Source: a virus. Taken from it: a stretch of DNA of 64,000 nucleotides. Where the stretch lies: the IMG/VR virus record IMGVR_UViG_3300012953_000016, positions 59,516-123,515 of that record, one strand, 5' to 3'. This document shows positions 39,601 through 46,945 of the stretch, piece after piece; position 1 is the first letter of the stretch; each line of letters starts with the position of its first letter. A program made the position numbers and the translations under genes. The notes under the pieces are model-generated. The model was not told the origin of the DNA, did not search any database, and worked only from the letters and a program-made list of their open reading frames with translations.

Positions 39601-41708
39601 AGGGCATCCTCATATGGTGTATATCCTTCCCTCAGCAACCATGTTATTTCGTCTATTGCAGCTAACTCGTAGCCATGCCATGTCATCCAGCCTGATACTT
39701 CTAGAGGTGTCGGGACAGACGTGATTGGGTCAACTAATATATTACCGTTGATATCTGTTGACATCCTAGATGGCAACACATCCGGAATTTCATCCTCATC
39801 AATGTCTGGTGACCAGCCAACATTCTCAGGTACCGTATAAGATCCAGAACCAGAACCAATTAGGGACCATAATGTGCTGCCTGAACTGTTGACAGAAGTG
39901 GGCCAGACAACGGCACCACCATCAGGATGTACATCTGTTGCTGCAACCATTGTTATACCATTATCATTCGACCAGTAAGATTCTCCTGTGGAAGGGGTCT
40001 CTATTACTGACATTGCATCAACGTTATAAATTTCATACAATGCTTTCTGTGTTTCAACATCATTTCCAGAAAGTTCAAGCTTTGATAGTTCTCTAGCAGA
40101 GACGTCTATCCCTAGCCCAGATGATAGTGCTGGACGTGGATCTTTATCATCATACTTTTTGATGTCATTTGTTTGGGTGTTACCAAAATTAAACCAAAAA
40201 TGATTTTTCCGATCTTTCATTTCTTTTTCATGAAGATCATATATCGTAAAGTAAGGGCCTACAGATCCGTCATCTGATATCGTTGAGGGTTTCCAACCTC
40301 GCTCAATGGGATCAGGCGTTTGTGATATATCTAGGCCGTTTTTTGCGTCTAATGTGTCTGCTTGGGCCCATGAATAATTTTTCTTATTCTCTAAAATACT
40401 ATCATACAGCTGGGTATTATACTTCTCAGTCCTTGGCTTCACCGATGAAGTAGCCGTCCAGGGTTCTTTCCCAGGTTCAAGATTATATTGTTCCCCGATA
40501 TAGGGCCCATCTGGACTTTGTAGCGGAACTATCTCAACTGTAGCAACTTGCTGCTGCCATTGGGTCATGACATCAAAGTCATTATGAAACTTTGGTTGAC
40601 CGAAATCTCTTTGTTCTACGCGGTGGTCAGGATATATTTGTATTTTACCCGCAGCTTCCTGCATAGCAGTTATTGCAGCTTCTGGCTTTAGAGACCTAAC
40701 CTTAAATTCCCATATGGGTGCCTCAACATTAGGATCTGTACCGTCTGAGTACCCTGTTTGAGCAGGTAGCTTAATATATACACCATCTGCTAACGGTTGA
40801 TATGTCGTTTGAATTATCCCGGTGGGTGCACCTATATTTCTTTCTGTGCCCTCTATAGGGACCAACGTAATCCCATTAGAGTCGTCGAAGTCACCCTGTG
40901 ACCAGCGAATCTGCTGAGTACCTGCGACTATAGTCCATGAATCTCCGATAGTGTGCTTCTGTTCTGCGCCATAATATACATCTTCAAATCCATCATAATC
41001 AAAACGTATAACAATTCTGTTGTCACCATCTTCAAGGACGTTACCATCATTTGACAAAATAACATCACCATCTGCTGATGTTGTTATTAACTCATCATTC
41101 TTATACCACTTTATTGTATCAGCAGATCCTTCACTTGCGGTTGCTATCTCAACCTTATAGATTGCTATTCCTTGTGAGCTATCATAGGAACCACTAGCTA
41201 CTATTATATTTTCTTCACCTTCGGATGTCGTTTCTGTTATGTTCTCAAGTACTACATTTAAGTCATTTAATCCTGAGGAACCTGAGACTGGCATGAAGAT
41301 TGGGTGGGAAATTGTAAAAACGTCATCATCATCCGGATCGGCAACCTGAACTCTGAATGTTGCATCAAATTCGCCTTCATACGATCCTGATACTTCTAAT
41401 TTCATTATCCCGGGATCTTGGATGTCAAATAACTCTACAAACTTATCAAAGTCATGATCATAAGAAAAAACAGGAAATATTGCTGCCGGCACAGGGACTA
41501 TTGAACCGGGCCCAAGCCCCATCATGGAATCATCAAAATAAACGTCTGAATCCGGGGCGTTGCCATCAACTACAATTCTAGATCTAGTACCAGCAGAAAA
41601 CTTTGGAAGCATTCCTGTTAGCTGATCTTTAATTGTAACTACGCTTACACCTTGTCGAAAAGCAATTGACTCGTCAACAGAGCCAGATGGGGGTGTTGCT
41701 GTTGTCAT
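33618..41708 (-). CDS. Giant (2696 aa) acidic mosaic virion protein
   Basis: Long D/E/P/W/Y-rich ORF sharing repeat modules with the neighbouring giant proteins. Located in the baseplate operon. Confidence 0.65.
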   Translation of the reverse strand: MTTATPPSGSVDESIAFRQGVSVVTIKDQLTGMLPKFSAGTRSRIVVDGNAPDSDVYFDDSMMGLGPGSIVPVPAAIFPVFSYDHDFDKFVELFDIQDPGIMKLEVSGSYEGEFDATFRVQVADPDDDDVFTISHPIFMPVSGSSGLNDLNVVLENITETTSEGEENIIVASGSYDSSQGIAIYKVEIATASEGSADTIKWYKNDELITTSADGDVILSNDGNVLEDGDNRIVIRFDYDGFEDVYYGAEQKHTIGDSWTIVAGTQQIRWSQGDFDDSNGITLVPIEGTERNIGAPTGIIQTTYQPLADGVYIKLPAQTGYSDGTDPNVEAPIWEFKVRSLKPEAAITAMQEAAGKIQIYPDHRVEQRDFGQPKFHNDFDVMTQWQQQVATVEIVPLQSPDGPYIGEQYNLEPGKEPWTATSSVKPRTEKYNTQLYDSILENKKNYSWAQADTLDAKNGLDISQTPDPIERGWKPSTISDDGSVGPYFTIYDLHEKEMKDRKNHFWFNFGNTQTNDIKKYDDKDPRPALSSGLGIDVSARELSKLELSGNDVETQKALYEIYNVDAMSVIETPSTGESYWSNDNGITMVAATDVHPDGGAVVWPTSVNSSGSTLWSLIGSGSGSYTVPENVGWSPDIDEDEIPDVLPSRMSTDINGNILVDPITSVPTPLEVSGWMTWHGYELAAIDEITWLLREGYTPYEDALHNRWFTIYDFDFRCFCIKFNVTDVLGATPFNSSLPAAISPIPTDVDTGDLKARQTPDLVFVHINRYDKAKDVTLKIIERLNRNIPAALLNPAHPFYQGAKVDDDVTAVLDDNDNFIVQVNLQKPGKVQVSEDSGDLPTDFQCWLRTHGSLGYCQRVLDDDNITSHYVGNFIFLFNPTRYWYPAVILEDPFTHADLGFTIDASNQLWSNDEGLTVYEIGQVDDEGIVVSEWNDNYKPYVGVDANSPHLIWYNVAGITKIPTMPTSTATTKFYDLWSYSLPEGYAAHLETATTYGHTLEVKCYPQSIDRTMAYLTNQEIHNSEQFIVPFMTSTPANQNIIRVMQRDYGPIITPPPVLPETTDLDNVSPHKGNAPVDVELLRPGIDLPDRDRDYTCDSLVFAVSDSALISQRFTAEKRIVYNYGTYDINCVAEEKTGKLFDYTEQTWLDYDLDAPGATWRVKGGSVDVSNYEPNITELFTNIPQKEVDGKLIWKRLESSVEEFSADLVGFDVLSPTNNNYDSDNHTLWANDVTVAGRTIITTSRAEGKEDDEMDPALWFNYDSPGWEDITELEWMGNEGYIAVKSFTHKIAQAAYFYLPHPNKNFYVWFDTAQLSADPGDDGLLDPVFAVDADNNPDVSYNGGSIRVSIDSYDTAGIVAQRLVDRINSSKYDSGKKYVQVNTDNAGNPVYQAIVAGNINDYFVAEISDEDSSVVRITCLAHGIINTDVFDENDNISLPTTSSEDAFTISLVDDGDTDFYVDITNTIAGTVLPPVQDVTHPDADTSLNVSVSEEPYTPTQPGITKVVSAFLPYEDMQSLSRGYRQTNDDGIEQCLAGPVAYIQDDVGSLIYPVIMSNVSMKDPDQYDGVLEPLEIRSRASRNSPDAYFIAHDIKGILQSDVAEDSRRRSNPITQFIDNDRTYFEPYEDGVEHMESSPSVEGFTRTPLFDGAGINDLTILGDYVIAAGAGAETYFIRCAAAYPVSSSSTYDKFQWSKSDGVWSDSIELSNTSTSETEIVLTFSNLGSTTVSGYQFLEIPGGTTAVTLKAFGRGDINDPTEYYKIQFHDGSAWIDIDDGGIIQLNNDSHPAGEDATHEYTQTPHWTYSSTPTTPSPIIPFFTASTIKFRVWSSPAVTADIGLINAVKLSFLFARRAGRLDLDHGLYAVFDNNQGHNSGDVWQFEAIAKTHEDSVGCAPLPGYLTWQESKISPFVETTYKEHVTNNLKDLDDSSLYASGSLVFNYSGQVIDETYGSCSSGVTAHNTDQAACEGAAHTWTPSPNWEIEYLRTLNGQAFTLEDSSGSKKRFEFDNDGILENDGEELISILRPETYYIRFPDVDNTFQKRDTLGNKLWTDGTNSFAAYSTAPTPASDFAPYVDKDDIMFVDLTEEEWALYYEFVPDLVEPSDITTSVPSVEDYAGKHFVITDAIDESTDHVLNTVSGGRYAVWFNVVDPLELNADGDPTPIPGSTAPEFDAYIDSETILYYDEVTSGYKTAIELGYPGTSSESEWAIAEEIYVTRVVKPPRWSNDSGLTIQCARPKYDSDGDIPPDDFDKGTGWDPDPDTQTMSIDTLGQGLYTSDAGETIAAYTGLPHPADTSGDGISDFDEWIIAGGYEQANLNEFQWHAFEGWENYEKLNPQLIEVVVNNTDSIKRLMSKTLRAVRKFRNPNQSKVFICEYIKPPAYEDMWDLIDIDLPAGVPDDGWPAGEPVAGTWFTADYDSERLVKITPDWFNQYAYDPDSPPIEEALQNGWSRGHFTLKITSRNLGYHKVNRDVIPSIHEPGYSSVPTDVSDIRTFSMDQDENVDIGGHKTFKQLLQATTEKINNSSLDITATMLYDNITQHATDSAGNNLYQDPTSTLETGLIKTTVNTGMPYVKFSSSDVFLNTFILSPTLEERNTYFYHDKLCGIRLIQGSPGPTGNTDVTFHHYNEDVKGNVLGNNFSGGYSSGPHVNDVVSSMNMSTSELRPHDHISSAAGMIYNDMPSGTDSITFGGWKK

Positions 41709-41710
41709 AA

Positions 41711-44700
41711 TTAAAACCTCTTAACCTTACCTACAAACTGTTGTAACGTCATGGTACCTTTAAGCCCATGGCGGTTCTTATCACCAAGGTATACATCACT
41801 ATAGTTATACGACATCTTTGCTCTCTCTAACATGTGCGACTCAATAACGAAGTTAACTCCCATAAAATGAGTTTTTCTGGGTATTAATTTTCTTAACAAA
41901 AGTCCTATAGCATTATCAAACCACTTAAAGAACTCAAAGAAAGATCTGATATTTACTTTTCCAGTTAACCTATTGAAATATACTTCTCTTAAGAATTCTA
42001 AGTCAGGATAACTTTGGGTAAACACATTCTCTGGTGCACCGAGCACATTATCTAACGAATCAAGTGTTGCAAATATCTTAATAATATCATCATTTAGCGC
42101 TTGGTACGATGATATATCGATACTAAACCTAGTATCATCTGATGGTGTTTCACTGGGTTGGATGCTATGAACCGGAGCAACATCAGTTTGGAATTCTTCT
42201 ATATTATGTGTATACTCAAACCCACGAACCCTAACCTTGTTATCAACTGCTTGTTCATCAAACTTTGCATCAATTGTGCCATAATCAAATCTTTCTGGTT
42301 TTATATTTGAAATCTCTGACTCGAAGCCGTAGCCCATCATGTGAAAACTCATTTCATCTTCCACAGATGAATCTCTCCATAATGCACCCCGAGAGCCGGA
42401 GACGGTACTTTGTGAGAAATCGAACATCTCCATCCACCCCAATGCTGTCATTGAAGCTGCATTGTATGCTTTATCAGCAGCCTCATCTTCAATTGAGGCA
42501 GTTACTTGCTGGTCAAAGGATATGTCAATTCTCAGTCTTTCCCATGAACCTGAAGGTACTGTTGCAAAGTTGAAGTTCTTAGAAGGATCTTCTACACCAA
42601 CAGAAAATGGATTTCTTACATGCTCTTTAAACTCAGCTGTTGTTAACGCCTTTGACCAAAATCTAAACTGTGCAATTTCACCAGAAAAATTTGTTACCGT
42701 AGGATCTGAAGCTTCATCTGCAGTATTTAGTCCTAATAAGCCAACATCTGCAGATGAAGGCAATGATTGTGAGCCTATCGCAATAAATGGCCCCCATGTA
42801 TTTTTACTAACGTCCGTATCTGACCAGAACGTTTTGTTATCTTCATGTAAGGTCTCTTGAAAATACGCTCTATCTTCATGGTACTCTCTAACCTCACCCC
42901 TAAAATTTCTAGAAACTCTAAGAAAGTATGATGATGATACCTCTGACTGGATCTGGTCAGCACGTTCCCGGCCATATGCAATGTTCCACTGTTGCCCGTT
43001 AAATAGATTACAGCCAGTTACTTCTAGGACCATTTGTTTTGCTGGAGTGCCGGCACTTAACTCGGGACGGACTGTCCACCTGACTGTTCCGTCATCAACA
43101 ATTATCTCTTCTCCAGTTTCTTCATCCCATGCTGGTTCTCTCATTGCAACTAGGTTCGATAGAACAACATGGCTGTCATCAGGGCCGAATGTCGACTGGA
43201 TCCTCATTAAGCTTTGTGTCACAGGGTAGAATGTTAATGTCGGGCGGTCGTACTTATAAATAGCCTCGACTGTAAACGAGCCTGATGTGAATAGTCCGTC
43301 ATCCGGAGTGTAGTCAAATCCGTGGAAAGAGCCATTTTCTTTAACAAAAAGTGACTCTTCGGCAGAAAGATCCGGGTGGTGGTGATTTATGACACCTAAC
43401 TCTCCGCCTGAAAAATTGGGAGCTGAAAAGTATGGTTTGTCATAATACACAGGTACATACCCATGAATTGCTGCATACCCTGCTTCTGTTTGATCAATCG
43501 TCACAGCTTCATATGGCGCGCCCATGTCTGGATCCCCGAAAACGCCCCCGGGAACTCCATAACTTGGGTGATCTTCATAAGTAATGTAAACACCGGTAAT
43601 AAGGTGTTTCCATACGCCAATTTCAGCGGTACCGTCATTGTTCCACGTCATCATTTGAGGATTAGATGAATAGCCAAGATCACTTAGTGGTGCTTGGTAT
43701 ATTTCATCCGGGCCTACCCAAAGTGGGTTGCCATCGATATCCGTTAATTGCGCTCTTGATCCATCATTATTATCTTTTCGTTTCCAAAGCTTAGCACCAA
43801 ACTCGTCGACAGCCTGTATAAGGCCATTCCATGGCATGAGGTCATCTCCGTCGTACTGTAATAGTTCTACCGGATAATTTCCTGCCCTGCCCCCACGAGG
43901 TTGATAGAGCCTCACGATACCATCTCCATCCTCAGAGACATTATATGCCTTGAATCCTGAGCTAGTTGATATCGTCTCCGTTATTTTTTGAGCTATATCA
44001 ATCCTGTCTAATATCCCTACGATATTTATCTCTACATAAGAATCATCATCAATAGAACTATCATTAGTTGTAATAAACTGGTAGTACGTAATTGTTTCAT
44101 CAATATCTTTTAGCTTTAATATCTTTCTATCTAACAATGAAGAATCAGAAAGATAATCAAATGACTCTGTGTTAATAGGGCCGCCTAGCTCGGTGTCACC
44201 CAGGGTTATATTACCAGGTAAACTGTAGTCTAATGAAATGATTGTTTCGGCGACCGGAATATTCGTGTCGGGAGGGCACGGGCCGACCTCTACCCTTGAT
44301 CCTGACAAAAAGGGTGACATAATAAATGGTGTAATAAATGGGGACTTAAGATAATCAGTTGCCGTAGTTCCCAAACTATCTATTACAGGATCAGCATCCC
44401 ATGGGTTTATATTTGTGGGGGCACCGCCAGAATCAAATGGCGCATCTAGATATGAAAATGAATTACCGATACCCGGGGCTGGGCGGTGTTCGTTAACCCC
44501 CGCCATTGTACCAGAAAAATCTAGCATAGCTGCAACCTCTACACGGTTACGTCGGACATCATTAAGTGTCTTTGTTCTTGATCCACCATACTCTCTAAAC
44601 CTGAATAGTTTGTCTGGCGAAATTCCCATTGAAAGCATTAACGCTCTGATTCCATGTTTAGTTCCTTTGGACTGCAAGATTTCATTTACGTTAACTAGAA

Positions 44701-46945
44701 CTCTTCTCCAAATTTGATTCTGTACAAACTGTAGGCCCATGTCAGACAAACCCTGATCAGGGGTAAGGTTTTCCCCATCCTTATATTGTTCTAAAGAGGC
44801 GTCAGAAAAACACCTTGGTAACTCGAACCCATATTGGTTTGCTAGATATGGAAGAAATGCATCGGCGATTGTGTCTTCAGAATCATAGTCTACATGCATT
44901 AAATTTGAAAAGTTGTCCAAAAACATTTTCATTTCATCAAAATACCTAGCCCAAGTATACAGCATTGATGATATTATCTGTGGTTGTCCTAGTTGGCCAA
45001 GCCCGGGCATTGCTCTTCCTTGGGTATATGTGTATTCATCCCTGAGGTATGCTTCTATATTTTCAAACCCTTCTTGAGATTGTGCTTCCATTAAATAATG
45101 TTGTGGTATTAACTTTGTAATCATGTTCGGATTATTTACGTCATACCAATTCGCGTCATCTAACATTTCACAGTTTAGAGCCTTTACGTCTTCTTGGCTT
45201 GGAAACAATACAGGGTTCAGCTCTTTTTTCTCTAGGGTCATTGGGCTGGCAACGGTATCATCCGGATCACCCGCGGTAGCATCTGCGGGGTTCTTATTAA
45301 TCTCGTTGTCTCTACATTCTAATTGAAAATTCTTAATCCTAGAATGTAACCCGGAACCAGAAGAATCTAACACTAGATCATTTGATTCATATTCTCCCCA
45401 TGGTTCATTAAAACGAAAACATAGTTTAAGATCTCCGGGGGTATCTGAAAATACGTTACGTGGGGTTAGATCTTTTAATATCGACTCAGATCTTGTGCTG
45501 TGCCAGATACGAAATTCATCTAATGATCCGGAAAACGTCTGCGTAGGGATAAAACATCCACGAAGCTTTGCAGAGAGTCGGTTGTCAAGTGCCTCTGATG
45601 GTATTACAGCTGGTATACCGGTGGCTGGGTCGTATCTGTCGGGTGCCAAAGAATAATCAGTACCTGGTAACCAAAGAGTCTCATCAATTGTTTCCCATCC
45701 GCCCTGAAAGTGTGTTGCACCGGATCCTATTAATAATGGTGATACATGAAAAGAGTGTGGTGTTAATGAAGTATTAACGTCAGCTTCGTCAATTGCCGTT
45801 GAAAATGTTGCCATATTATAACTACGTTCTGAAGTTGTGGCTAGCTTTCCGTCTAGATACATCTTGATATTGTTTTGACCATACGTCCTATCATATGTTG
45901 CACAAACATGAGCCCAACGGCCCTTAGGTATCTCCATTGATGCGCTTAAATGATTACTTCCAGAAGATGATATGAACACCATGTCACACACTTCTAACCC
46001 TCGAGGGTCTTCTTCTAAGACAGCATCATAACCACGCCACTCAGCCCAGCGCTCTTCGCCCCACTGTGAAGCATTTGGGTCGTTTGCTGCGCAGTCCGGA
46101 CGGGGGTCAGTCCATGTCTCTCCAGCTGTGAAACATGAGGCCTCACTAGTGAAAGCTCCATCGGAACACGTTCCTGTACTATTGTCATAGAATCCAGTGA
46201 AACCTAGTGCTTCGGCCGAGTCAATAGTTGCTCCGGTATCCCATTGTAATGCGCCGGATGAATCTACGGTTTGAATTTCGCGGTTCTTCAGTCTTGAGTC
46301 TAGTAAACCTAATGTAAAACCGGTAGTACCGAACACGTCAAGCTTCTGGCATATTACTTGGTTCTCATTATACTCATCTGGAAAGTCTGCAATTCCATCT
46401 TCATCATAGTCGCGGCCTTTTCCAATAGGAATAAATATCTGTGTTTCAAAAGATATAGATTCTTCACCTGGATCAAGTATGACATTACCACGTTTTTGTG
46501 TTAGGCTAGGAAACATCGCGCCGGCGCGGTCATTTATTGCAATATGTGTACCTTCCGCAACTGCGCCGAAAAAGTTTAAGGCACCTATGTTCTTTGGGAA
46601 TAAATCAAAAACGTAACGTTCAAAACCTGTAAGCCTATCAAAAAACTTCTCTAACTCTTCTTTTGTTCCGTCAAACGGGTATGCATTAATAATAGAATCA
46701 AATGCAACGTTGACCTTTGCTTCTGCTGAATTGAAAAATGTATGATTTTCAAATTTTGTCCAGTCAATATTCAGTTGCTGGGTCGACTTAAGTCCCGTGC
46801 CGGGATTATCAAACTTAAATGATCTATGATCAATTACGCTACCAGACATGTCTGACATTGTTTGATTTTCAATCCTGCCGGCTCCACCTATTATTCTGCG
46901 CACAACCGCAGGAGTGAATATTCTCGACTTACTAGTAATAGCCAT
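41711..46945 (-). CDS. Baseplate wedge protein (gp7/P2 gpI-like core) with LamG domains
   Basis: FLPYLANQYGFEL..IWRRVLVNVNEILQSKGTKHGIRALM is a gpI-like motif. LamG motifs RWAHVCATYD..MYLDGK, FSGSLDEFRIWH and FSGEIAQFRFWS are present. Confidence 0.7.
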   Translation of the reverse strand: MAITSKSRIFTPAVVRRIIGGAGRIENQTMSDMSGSVIDHRSFKFDNPGTGLKSTQQLNIDWTKFENHTFFNSAEAKVNVAFDSIINAYPFDGTKEELEKFFDRLTGFERYVFDLFPKNIGALNFFGAVAEGTHIAINDRAGAMFPSLTQKRGNVILDPGEESISFETQIFIPIGKGRDYDEDGIADFPDEYNENQVICQKLDVFGTTGFTLGLLDSRLKNREIQTVDSSGALQWDTGATIDSAEALGFTGFYDNSTGTCSDGAFTSEASCFTAGETWTDPRPDCAANDPNASQWGEERWAEWRGYDAVLEEDPRGLEVCDMVFISSSGSNHLSASMEIPKGRWAHVCATYDRTYGQNNIKMYLDGKLATTSERSYNMATFSTAIDEADVNTSLTPHSFHVSPLLIGSGATHFQGGWETIDETLWLPGTDYSLAPDRYDPATGIPAVIPSEALDNRLSAKLRGCFIPTQTFSGSLDEFRIWHSTRSESILKDLTPRNVFSDTPGDLKLCFRFNEPWGEYESNDLVLDSSGSGLHSRIKNFQLECRDNEINKNPADATAGDPDDTVASPMTLEKKELNPVLFPSQEDVKALNCEMLDDANWYDVNNPNMITKLIPQHYLMEAQSQEGFENIEAYLRDEYTYTQGRAMPGLGQLGQPQIISSMLYTWARYFDEMKMFLDNFSNLMHVDYDSEDTIADAFLPYLANQYGFELPRCFSDASLEQYKDGENLTPDQGLSDMGLQFVQNQIWRRVLVNVNEILQSKGTKHGIRALMLSMGISPDKLFRFREYGGSRTKTLNDVRRNRVEVAAMLDFSGTMAGVNEHRPAPGIGNSFSYLDAPFDSGGAPTNINPWDADPVIDSLGTTATDYLKSPFITPFIMSPFLSGSRVEVGPCPPDTNIPVAETIISLDYSLPGNITLGDTELGGPINTESFDYLSDSSLLDRKILKLKDIDETITYYQFITTNDSSIDDDSYVEINIVGILDRIDIAQKITETISTSSGFKAYNVSEDGDGIVRLYQPRGGRAGNYPVELLQYDGDDLMPWNGLIQAVDEFGAKLWKRKDNNDGSRAQLTDIDGNPLWVGPDEIYQAPLSDLGYSSNPQMMTWNNDGTAEIGVWKHLITGVYITYEDHPSYGVPGGVFGDPDMGAPYEAVTIDQTEAGYAAIHGYVPVYYDKPYFSAPNFSGGELGVINHHHPDLSAEESLFVKENGSFHGFDYTPDDGLFTSGSFTVEAIYKYDRPTLTFYPVTQSLMRIQSTFGPDDSHVVLSNLVAMREPAWDEETGEEIIVDDGTVRWTVRPELSAGTPAKQMVLEVTGCNLFNGQQWNIAYGRERADQIQSEVSSSYFLRVSRNFRGEVREYHEDRAYFQETLHEDNKTFWSDTDVSKNTWGPFIAIGSQSLPSSADVGLLGLNTADEASDPTVTNFSGEIAQFRFWSKALTTAEFKEHVRNPFSVGVEDPSKNFNFATVPSGSWERLRIDISFDQQVTASIEDEAADKAYNAASMTALGWMEMFDFSQSTVSGSRGALWRDSSVEDEMSFHMMGYGFESEISNIKPERFDYGTIDAKFDEQAVDNKVRVRGFEYTHNIEEFQTDVAPVHSIQPSETPSDDTRFSIDISSYQALNDDIIKIFATLDSLDNVLGAPENVFTQSYPDLEFLREVYFNRLTGKVNIRSFFEFFKWFDNAIGLLLRKLIPRKTHFMGVNFVIESHMLERAKMSYNYSDVYLGDKNRHGLKGTMTLQQFVGKVKRF

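Noticed and set aside
20953-46945. Diversity-generating retroelement or inteins explaining the giant proteins
   Set aside because: No reverse transcriptase or near-identical TR/VR pair was noticed, and no intein C...HN splice motifs or LAGLIDADG blocks were recognised.
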